Below are positions 44,301-52,223 of a stretch of DNA of 58,872 nucleotides, piece after piece (positions within the stretch are counted from its first letter, which is position 1; each line of letters opens with the position of its first letter). A model generated the notes under the pieces. It was not told the DNA's origin. It did not search any database and saw nothing but the letters and a program-made list of their open reading frames with translations. The stretch covers positions 1 through 58,872 of the IMG/VR virus record IMGVR_UViG_3300032896_000005; one strand, 5' to 3'. The stretch comes from a virus (taxonomy: Duplodnaviria; Caudoviricetes). A program made the position numbers and the translations under genes.

Positions 44301-46200
44301 TGGGTTGAGTGTCTCCCAGATCGCGGAGTCCCTGAAGTCGTTCTCGGGGACTTCAGCTCAGGTGTGGCAGGCGTACAACCAGTCTTTGAGTGAGGCGGAG
44401 ACATTCACCGATAACCTTCGTACCGCGTCGACGACGGGGGTTGTGTCCGCGCAGCAGTACACGCAGGCTATCAGCGGTGTCGTTAACATGCTGTTGCCGT
44501 ACGCGAAAGATTCGTCGGCGGCGGCGGAGGAGCTTAGCGTTCTCGCGCAGGAAGCCGGGTACACCGGGAGTGAAAGCTTCTCCAGCTTGAAAAGCTGGGT
44601 GGATCAGACCGGCGGCTCCACAGTGAATTTGACCGGGCTGATTAACAATCTTACGGGGTCGCTGTCGAATGTTACGCAGGTCGCGAAGAACTTCGCGGGG
44701 ACCTTGCAGTCTGATGTGCTGTCGGCTATCGCGAATGCGGCTGTGGGGACGTCGGGGATCACGGGTTTGACGCAGAAGTACACGCAGTCGTTGCAGCAGA
44801 ACGGCGCTCAGGCTCCGCAGACGATGCAGGCTCAGCAGGCGTTGCAGAGCGCGATGGAGAAGCTCGGGTTCACGCAGACGGAAGCGCAGCAGACCACGAA
44901 TGAGCTTTCTGAGGCGTATGACCAGGACACCGGCGCGTCGAATAAGAACGCCGGGCAGACGAATCAGACGTCTCAGGCTCTGAAAGACATGAAAGAGGCT
45001 CTCGGGGTAACGGGTTCGCAGGCGGTTCAGGCGGCCGGGCAGACGAATCAGACGACGCAAGCTCAGAAAGACCTCAAGGAAGCTCTCGGGCAGGCTGGTT
45101 CGCAGGCGCAGGCGACGACGAACGGCCCGTTGAATTCGCTGAACCAGATGACTCAGAACATTCACCAGTGGACGATTCAGCTGGAGAACGCGATGAAGCA
45201 GTGGCCGGTGAATGAGTCGACGAAGGTGACGGTGACGGGCACCGGCGGCGCTAACATCCATTCGAGTATCCCCGGCGTCCCCAGCGGGAGCGTGTCCATC
45301 ACCAGCGGCGGGTATGTGTTCGCCGCCGGCGGGGTCGTCCCGGGTTATTCTCCGGGGCATGACACTATCCCCGCGATGCTGTCCCCGGGTGAGGGGATTT
45401 TGACTCCTGACGCTGTGCGGGCGATCGGCGGCGCGCAGACGATTCATAGTTTGAACGCGCAGCATTTCGCAGGCGGCGGGATCGCGTTGCCGAACGCTTC
45501 CGGGATGGCGTTCGGGATCCTCGGGGCGGGGGAGACGAGCATCACGGATGCTTTCAAGTCGGAGCTTACCTCGGTTATGAGCGTGATGCAGAATGATTAC
45601 AACAAGTACGCGCAGACAGCGTTCTCGGGGGTTTCCGGGACGGTCACAGGGTGGCTGACAGCGGCGTTGAAAGCGGACGGCGCTCCTATCTCCTGGCTTC
45701 CCGCTCTGGCGTGGCTGACGAACGCTGAATCATCAGGGAACCCGAACGCGGTTGACCCTATCTCGGTGGAAGGGGAGCATGCTGAGGGGCTTTTGCAGAC
45801 TTTGCCGTCGACGTTCTGGGCGTATGAGAACCCGAGTGTCCCGGGGGGTATTTTCAACCCTATCGCGAATGCTGCCGCTGCTATCCGGTACATCGAATCA
45901 ATGTACGGGTCCCCGTTCAACATCCCGGGGATTTTCGTTCATGACAAAGGCTACGACTCCGGGGGGTGGCTGATGCCTGGTTTGACGCTCGCGCATAACA
46001 ACACCGGGCAGCCGGAGCGGGTCATCGGCCCTAATGACACGGGGGATGGGGGGATCAATCATGTGCACGTGTATTTGGACGGGAAGCAGATTTGGGATAA
46101 TCAGCAGCGTCGCACCCTGCAGTATAACGCGCGGAATAACGGGGCGGGGAACATCACGGGGGCGTGGGCTCCTAACCGTCTGGGGAATAACACAAGGTGA
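41338..46200 (+). CDS. Tape measure protein with C-terminal lytic transglycosylase (SLT) domain
   Basis: ~1620-aa A/Q/S-rich helical ORF; D.IPAMLSPGE; ESSGNPNA...GLLQ...TF...NP.AN..AAIRY...YG. Confidence 0.92.
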   Translation: MPELPGVSEDFTADASGYLAAIQLMIDRTKDLIDEVNLLHAAIDALPDVKQVEIDIAGTAMESIAAIKEELDSLDNRTLVVNVIYRNIGGPDNVAARETIDETVDLTGGGSDQIREDIDSLDEMTQAADENASATDLMSAAQEILGNVLRDNSLNAQQQAAALKNVTAAMREARLETADAVAAEQSLTASAEEEATAFYDNLASIHGQIEALGEQSDVSELSAAAMEREALAAYNMEQALRSARAEITDIITAENAYRDSLGEVNEAEEQAAVDQIEMANYQEQIIQKADSATAAIREQAAALEALEADLGDASGAAERSAGITLSMVNADKLLAATDLLLSQASDALALKAGDVTNNTDLMADAVVRAAGAVMGGHDALAVMTSTAEQAATDTGNTGLAMLALASAAKKMGDNVGGVTIPLGAAAFGITGLGTAIHLIVMGVFEFSAVFIPAMFAAAAAASVLNQGAMDVYDGLKGMEIAGEALGPVFGKTQGDMLGLGHSLQVAQNAADPDAYELLGEAIIGVNDATGNLNDQLGAVTHTSGTASGGISSFGQMGLAVGNILEKFAADIDIDLSTGMKQFTGLLSDGVQDLVEFGQILGNIGHAILNLASAMPGLAEIILKLIDGFSDLIKIISELPPMFLTVIFGIEEAYRWSGLLVGIFGLVGRAIALVGTLGIPVFAKIGMNFGAMVANIITGVADMVINFVAMGERIGVFDADVDRVATGFVGALGNAASFMSGPWGAAVGLGVLGFAALAVWALRSTDATQQFIASTQKAVQAATNLEALNVIGQQLSENTAKISQAQTQLNQALTFTVGSSAGVESRYVGQSQAVTQLRGNIQILTDNQQQLYQQSTNVISGAEQISKAYGVSFVAALGMADAANVKLVNGISGNSKAAEEARIQIQGLVQGYESMNQSGSALSNSMEAVSVEAQIQGSKVSQLNSAWDSFMSMATSLTGSFSQINLDLTQMGNIAPAVGDKIQAFKGATGLSVSQIAESLKSFSGTSAQVWQAYNQSLSEAETFTDNLRTASTTGVVSAQQYTQAISGVVNMLLPYAKDSSAAAEELSVLAQEAGYTGSESFSSLKSWVDQTGGSTVNLTGLINNLTGSLSNVTQVAKNFAGTLQSDVLSAIANAAVGTSGITGLTQKYTQSLQQNGAQAPQTMQAQQALQSAMEKLGFTQTEAQQTTNELSEAYDQDTGASNKNAGQTNQTSQALKDMKEALGVTGSQAVQAAGQTNQTTQAQKDLKEALGQAGSQAQATTNGPLNSLNQMTQNIHQWTIQLENAMKQWPVNESTKVTVTGTGGANIHSSIPGVPSGSVSITSGGYVFAAGGVVPGYSPGHDTIPAMLSPGEGILTPDAVRAIGGAQTIHSLNAQHFAGGGIALPNASGMAFGILGAGETSITDAFKSELTSVMSVMQNDYNKYAQTAFSGVSGTVTGWLTAALKADGAPISWLPALAWLTNAESSGNPNAVDPISVEGEHAEGLLQTLPSTFWAYENPSVPGGIFNPIANAAAAIRYIESMYGSPFNIPGIFVHDKGYDSGGWLMPGLTLAHNNTGQPERVIGPNDTGDGGINHVHVYLDGKQIWDNQQRRTLQYNARNNGAGNITGAWAPNRLGNNTR

Positions 46201-46243
46201 ACGGGTTACGGATGATGTTCGGTTTCGGATTTAAGGGGTAATC

Positions 46244-46624
46244 ATGAGCATGCTCTGGTATGACGCGGCGGTCAACGCGGTCACCGGCAATGCGTCAGTG
46301 TCGCTGAACTCCGGGTTCATTAAGATTTACACGGGGTCCCAGCCAGCTTTGGACGGTTCCATCACGGGGACGCTGCTCGCCACGCTGACGTTGAACGCCA
46401 CCGCGTTCGGCGCGTCGTCAGGCGGCACCGCGACAGCTAACTCGATCACGTCGGGGACGGCGGGGAACACCGGCACCGCCGGGTATTTCGCGTTGGAAAC
46501 ATCCGGGGGGACCGTCGTCGGGACGGGAGTGTGCGGGACTTCCGGGCAGGATCTGAACCTTAACACCCTGTCGATTGTGTCCGGGGCGACTGTCTCCTGC
46601 TCCAGCCTCACGATCACAGGTTAA
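46244..46624 (+). CDS. Small tail structural protein
   Basis: IKIYTGSQP...LLATL.L...AF...GTAGYF pattern. Confidence 0.75.
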   Translation: MSMLWYDAAVNAVTGNASVSLNSGFIKIYTGSQPALDGSITGTLLATLTLNATAFGASSGGTATANSITSGTAGNTGTAGYFALETSGGTVVGTGVCGTSGQDLNLNTLSIVSGATVSCSSLTITG

Positions 46625-46640
46625 CCGGTAAGGCACGCCG

Positions 46641-49600
46641 ATGACCACGCACACCGGGGACGGCACCGCGCAGGACGGCACCGGCTCGTCGTTCACCGTC
46701 CCGGTCACCAGCAGCGCCGGGGAAACGCTGGTGGTGTGGGCGACGCAGTGGGTCACTTCCGACACGGCGATCCACCTTGAATCCATCACCGACACCGCCT
46801 CCAACACGTGGACGTACAGCACCGCGACGGCTAATCAGAACCCGCCGGCGAACGGCAGCTACGACAGCGGCGACACCCAGTACGGGTTCACCGCGATCGG
46901 GGTGTGCATCGGCGCGTCGGCTGTCACGTCCGTCACCGTCACCTTCTCCGGCTCCGGGGATTACGCTGAAGTTCAGGTGTCACGGTTCGCCAGCCTCCCC
47001 GCCGGGTCGGTGGTGCTGGGAGCCGCGTCGACGGGGACGCTAGCCCACGCGGTCACCAGCTACACCACGCCGTCGGTGACTGTCTCGTCCGGGTCGTCTG
47101 TGCTCGTGCTGGTGAACACCAGTTTCCTCAACGGGGAGTGGACGGGGGCGTCCTCCGGCTACACGATCATCAGCTACACCGATTCCCTCGGCGCTTACAA
47201 TGTGGCGGCGACAGCGGGGACTATCTCGTGCACGCTCACCGCCGGCACAGCCGAGGACGTGCCCAGTTCCGCGATCATGGTCATCGGGTCTCCCGCTGTC
47301 ACATCCACAGGCGCGGTGAGCCTTGACCTTACCTTGTCCGGGACGGGTACCGTCGCTGACCCGGTGACGTCCACGGGAAGCCTGACGTTGAACGCCGCGT
47401 TGTCCGGGTCGGGGCTTGTCGCTGACCCGGTGACGTCCACGGGGGCTGTCACCCTCGGGTTGGCGGTGAGCGGATCCGCCAGCGTGCCGGTCCTTTCGCT
47501 CAATAACCTGGTCGCCGGGTCTGTCGTCAACGATTACGGTCTTGACAGCATCCCCTACACGGTCGGGACGACGGGTCTCACCACCGCGCTGGTCGCGTAC
47601 ATCGGGTGGGATGTCGCGCAGCAGGCGTACCAGTCGTCCGGGCACGCCCCCGCTGTGAACGTGACTGATTCCGCCGGGAATCTGTGGCGGCAGATCGGGA
47701 TCAGCACTCAGGCGACCGCCTCCCGGGGCGCGGTGTGGATCGCGGATAACCCCCGGCAGGTGAGCTGGGTGTCGGTCGCGGTGACAGGGTGGGCGAATTC
47801 AACCTCTTACATCCTCGCGGAGATGGATGACGTCCCGTCGTCGATGCAGGCGGTTTCCCTTGACTTCGTAAAGACGGTCAACTCGACTGCGTTCACAACA
47901 TCCCTGTCTCTTTCAGGGACGGCTTCCACCGCTGACATCATGTTCGGCCTGGTGACGACCGGGGGGGCGGGCGGCTCGCTGACAGTCCCCACTGGGTGGA
48001 CGGGTTTGACGGCGGTCACCTCAGGGATCCCCACGGGGGCGTCCACGTACGCGATGTGGATCCCGGGGACGACGGGGACGATCCCGGTGTTCAACCCGTC
48101 ATGGGCGAACAGCGTCCCGTCTGCGGGGATCATTGTGGGGTTGAAGGAAACATCATCCGCGCCGGCGCAGACGAACCCGAATATGCCGAATGTGACGATC
48201 GAGGCGGCGTTCGGGGCGTCCCCGGGGGATTTCACCCAGTCCGTTGATTACACCTGGTCGGTGGAGGGGGTCACGTGGACGGATATTTCCTCGCGGGGGT
48301 TCGGGAAAGGCGATGATTCCAACATCACGGTGAAGCGGGGTCGTCAGTATGAGCTTTCCCAGGAGGAAACCGGGGAGATCAACGTTCTCCTTGACAATCA
48401 TGATGGTGTGTTCACTTACGGGAACGCCTTGTCGCCTTATTACCCGGATATCACCCCGAACACCCCGTTGAGGGTCACAGCATGGTGGGATGGGGTGCAG
48501 TACCCGATCGCTTTCGGGTATGTGGAACGGTGGCCGTATGAGTGGCCGGAGTTGCCGCAGTGGGGGTTCGTTAACGTCGTCGCGGTGGACGCCTACGGCC
48601 CTTTGGCGAATACCAGTTTGCCGTCGTCGGTGATCGGGGAGGTCAGGCAGGCTTTCCCTTACTCGTATTTCACGACGGAGGAGCAGTATGAGTTCACGTC
48701 GCAGTCGCTGACACCCACGGAATCCCCGATCGACGCGAACGGTTTGATCGCGGTTAACTATGCGTTCGGGAATAACCGGTACGGCGCTTACCGGGATGGT
48801 TATGATCAGCCGGTGACGACGGGGCAGGCGTTGAATTTGCTGGGTGATGAGAACACCTGCCTCGGCGCGACGACGTACGGGGGGCAGGAAATTGAGGATA
48901 ACGGCCCGGGGATGTTCTATTTTGATCCGAACATCCCGACGAATTACAATAGCGGGGCTTTCTCGGCGGAGTTCTGGTTCGTGTGGGGGAACACGAACAC
49001 GTATTCCTGCCAGTTGATGTCAGCGTTCGGCGGGCCGTCGTCTTTCACCGCTTCCGCCCCGGAGACGAACGCGACGGTCGGGGGGGTTTTGTCGGTGGGG
49101 GTGAACACGGGGCTGGAGAACGCGGGGACTGTCCTCTCCGGGTTTTACTGCAATGGGGTGGAGTTGACGGATCAGACGTTCAACCAGACGACTTTCGCGC
49201 CGCAGCATTTCGTTCTGACAACCGGGCCGGGGGGGACGACGACGTATCTGAACGGGCAGACGACGGCGACGTTCCCGGTGTTGGGGACGATCCCGCAGAT
49301 CCGCGCGGTCTGCCTCGGCCCCGCCCGGTTCTCTTATGATGTTTCCGCCCTGGTTGTTTACAATGGATATAATTATATTGCGGGGCATTTCGCGTGGTAT
49401 GACTATGCGGTGACTGCGCAGCAGGTCGCGAATCATTATGAGGCGGGCATCGCGGGGTGGGCGGGGGTTGTCGCGCCGGGCCGGTACGCGCAGGCTCTCA
49501 CGTGGGGGAATCTGGGGTTGAAACGGGGCGGGACAGCGTGGTTCGGGGCGCATGGGACGGTGGAGGGAACGTATGTTTCCGAGGCGTACCAGTATGACGG

Positions 49601-50390
49601 GTCGTCCGCCGCTGATGTGATGAACCAGCTGGTGCAGACGGAAGGGGGACGGTGTTACACGCAGGGGAACGGCAGTGTCATTTACGTGTACCGGTGGTAT
49701 CTGTATAATCAGCCGGCGGTCGCGGTGTTCGGGGATAACGGGACGACGGAGATACCGTTCGAGCAGGATGAGTCGTTCTCGGTGGATAACCAGTTCCTTT
49801 TCAATGTGGTGTCCGCGACGCAGAACCGGGGTCCTAATCAGGATTTGAGTGTTCAGAACACGAATTATGAAAGTCAGCTTCAGTTTTTCCAGCGGTCCGG
49901 GTTGTCGTATCAGTCGTATGCGCTGCTGCCGTTTGATGTTTTCGATGCGGTGAACTGGGCGACGAAGAAGTACTGCGAGCCGCAGCAGCGTGTCGTGACG
50001 GTTGAGATTGATCTGTCGAAGGTCGCGTCGAAGTTCCCGGGTGCTTTCACGACGGTGCTGGGGTTGGAGTTGAATCAGACGGTGACGGTGAACCGCCGGC
50101 CGGTGGGGGGGCAGCCGTTCAGTGTGACGGGGGCGGTTCAGTCGATCGCGCATGACATCGGCCCGACGTACTGGCATACGACGCTGCAGATCGCTCCTTT
50201 GTTCCCGGAGAATCAGACGTTGTTCACGGACACGGCGGGGCAGAATTCCCCCAACACCCAGTATCTCAGCTGGTTATCGTTTCTTTCTTACCGGGCGGTA
50301 TGTCGTCATACATACCACGATAGCATTTCGGAAGGAGGTGGTAAAGTATGCCAATCCCACCGTCCACCTGGGCTTTCGCCGCACCGCTGA
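46641..50390 (+). CDS. Large tail tip/minor tail protein with LamG-like segment; natural end probably YLSW at 50273
   Basis: WTDIS...RGRQYEL...LDNHDG.F distal-tail motif; FSAEFWF...HFVLT...YLNG; three VTSTG..L.LSG repeats near 47300-47480. Confidence 0.8.
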   Translation: MTTHTGDGTAQDGTGSSFTVPVTSSAGETLVVWATQWVTSDTAIHLESITDTASNTWTYSTATANQNPPANGSYDSGDTQYGFTAIGVCIGASAVTSVTVTFSGSGDYAEVQVSRFASLPAGSVVLGAASTGTLAHAVTSYTTPSVTVSSGSSVLVLVNTSFLNGEWTGASSGYTIISYTDSLGAYNVAATAGTISCTLTAGTAEDVPSSAIMVIGSPAVTSTGAVSLDLTLSGTGTVADPVTSTGSLTLNAALSGSGLVADPVTSTGAVTLGLAVSGSASVPVLSLNNLVAGSVVNDYGLDSIPYTVGTTGLTTALVAYIGWDVAQQAYQSSGHAPAVNVTDSAGNLWRQIGISTQATASRGAVWIADNPRQVSWVSVAVTGWANSTSYILAEMDDVPSSMQAVSLDFVKTVNSTAFTTSLSLSGTASTADIMFGLVTTGGAGGSLTVPTGWTGLTAVTSGIPTGASTYAMWIPGTTGTIPVFNPSWANSVPSAGIIVGLKETSSAPAQTNPNMPNVTIEAAFGASPGDFTQSVDYTWSVEGVTWTDISSRGFGKGDDSNITVKRGRQYELSQEETGEINVLLDNHDGVFTYGNALSPYYPDITPNTPLRVTAWWDGVQYPIAFGYVERWPYEWPELPQWGFVNVVAVDAYGPLANTSLPSSVIGEVRQAFPYSYFTTEEQYEFTSQSLTPTESPIDANGLIAVNYAFGNNRYGAYRDGYDQPVTTGQALNLLGDENTCLGATTYGGQEIEDNGPGMFYFDPNIPTNYNSGAFSAEFWFVWGNTNTYSCQLMSAFGGPSSFTASAPETNATVGGVLSVGVNTGLENAGTVLSGFYCNGVELTDQTFNQTTFAPQHFVLTTGPGGTTTYLNGQTTATFPVLGTIPQIRAVCLGPARFSYDVSALVVYNGYNYIAGHFAWYDYAVTAQQVANHYEAGIAGWAGVVAPGRYAQALTWGNLGLKRGGTAWFGAHGTVEGTYVSEAYQYDGSSAADVMNQLVQTEGGRCYTQGNGSVIYVYRWYLYNQPAVAVFGDNGTTEIPFEQDESFSVDNQFLFNVVSATQNRGPNQDLSVQNTNYESQLQFFQRSGLSYQSYALLPFDVFDAVNWATKKYCEPQQRVVTVEIDLSKVASKFPGAFTTVLGLELNQTVTVNRRPVGGQPFSVTGAVQSIAHDIGPTYWHTTLQIAPLFPENQTLFTDTAGQNSPNTQYLSWLSFLSYRAVCRHTYHDSISEGGGKVCQSHRPPGLSPHR

Positions 50391-52211
50391 CTGCGCATCA
50401 AATAAATCAGGATTTGTATACGTATTTAAGACGGCTCGTATTTCGGGGCGAACGGGGTGATGTTCCACTCCAACCGCCCCCTCATGTGCGAAACCTACCA
50501 GGGCACCGCCGACACCGCCCCCGCGTCGAAAGCAGGGTCGTTCACCCTGCTGGGCGGGACGGACGGCGATGGCATCTCCATCATCGACACCGCCGCCTTG
50601 TACGGGGCCGGGTCGGACGGGCCGGGGCGGTTCGCCCGGTTCCGGTCGTCAGGGGCTATCGCCCCCGGCTCTGCGGGGGTCGCGGGGGAGCTGGGGGGAT
50701 GGCAGCTGATTTTCGCGAGCATGCCGTTCGGGACGTTCTCCGGCACCTCAAGCACCTACGGGGTGATGTGGAGTCTCGCCGCTGACGAGAACGCGACAGC
50801 GGTCGCCCTGACGGATATCGGGTGCATGCAGCCGGGGTCGACGGTGTACAACTGCTGCGGGTTCGCCGTTGACCTGATTCAGCGTACCCCGTCCGCGCCC
50901 AGCCAGATTTACTCCCCGGGTGTTTTCCTCGTCGACCCGAACAGCGACGCGAACACCATCACGGTGAACACGGCGTCGACGACGGGGGCGACCCCGAGGT
51001 TCTCCGAGATCTGGATGGCGGTGTGCAACGGGAACGGCGCGACGGCTTCCACGATCCCCGTCCCGATCAGCTCGGTGGGGACCGCGACGACGCTGACGTC
51101 CGCGACGCTTAACACGAGCATCGCGGGGACGTTCACCCTGCTGAACAACCCGCCGCTGCTGAACGTGCAGATTCAGTCGACCGGCGCGATCACCGCGAAC
51201 ACGATCACCCCGGTGCCGTTCACGGCGACGCCGCTGGTGGATAACTACTCGAAGTTCAATGTGAGCGCAAGCCAGTACACGGTGCCGTTGCCGGGGAATT
51301 ATCTTCTCCACGCGAATGTGATTTACGCGACGGACTGGGATGTCGGGCAGGGGGTGGTGGGGTTCTCCGTCGCGTCGAATGTTTACTGGGGCGGATCGTA
51401 TAATGCGACGCCGCCGGGGGCGCAGAACACGGGGATTTCCGTTACGAAGATCCTTGATCTGCATGCGGGGGATGTTGTTGAGGTGGTCACGGAGACGTCC
51501 ACGGCATCTCAGTTCGGGAACGCGAACGTTTCGCATTTCATCATGAGCTGGCTCACCCCGATTAACAGCGGCACGCAGGCGTGGACGCCGCCGGATGTGA
51601 CGGGTTTCCAGTTCATGGCGGGGAACCCGCCGGGGGTTAACCCTCCGGGGCAGACGGGGTTGGTCACGTTGTTCAATTCGAAGTTGGCGAATGACGTTAA
51701 TTTCCTGTTGAACCGCCCGTATTGCACGGTGCATCAGACGACTGCGCAGTCGGGGTTGTCGGTGGGGGCGTGGCATCCGGTGACGATGGGTTCGACGGTC
51801 GGGTTGGTGCACGGGGGTGTCGGGGATAATTACGCGGGATGGTCAACGGCGGGTAATCATTATGTTGCGCCGGTGAACGGCTGGTATCTCGCGGTCGCGG
51901 AGTATAACGCGGCGACGATCACGACGACGAATTCTTATAATATGATGATCGCGGGGTTTTCCGTGCCGACTTCCGGTGGGGTGACATCCCCGACGACGGG
52001 GGACGCCCCCCCGGATTGGTTTCAGCATATGCTCGTCGCGAACGGGTGGACCTACCCGACTGGGGTGACCGCGATGAATGTTTACTATCTGCTGGCGGGG
52101 GAGACGATCGCGCCGGTTGCGCAGTATCAGTCGGGGACCGCTTCGACGTGGGCGACGGATGTGTCGCATGGATTCGACAGTCATTTCAACGTCGTGTGGC
52201 TTTCAAATTAA
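50348..52211 (+). CDS. Minor tail protein with C1q-like domains, with a frame break at 50423-50441
   Basis: SD GAAGGAGGTG + ATG 50348 (MPIPPSTW...DLYTY) continues in the +1 frame (...FGANGVMFH...); YTVPLPGNY and YVAPVNGWY motifs. Confidence 0.75.
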
Positions 52212-52223
52212 GGGGCTGGTTGT

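Noticed and set aside
44950-45110. Tandem repeat GQTNQT.QA.KD.KEALG in the tape measure protein
   Set aside because: Ordinary tape-measure repeat expansion.
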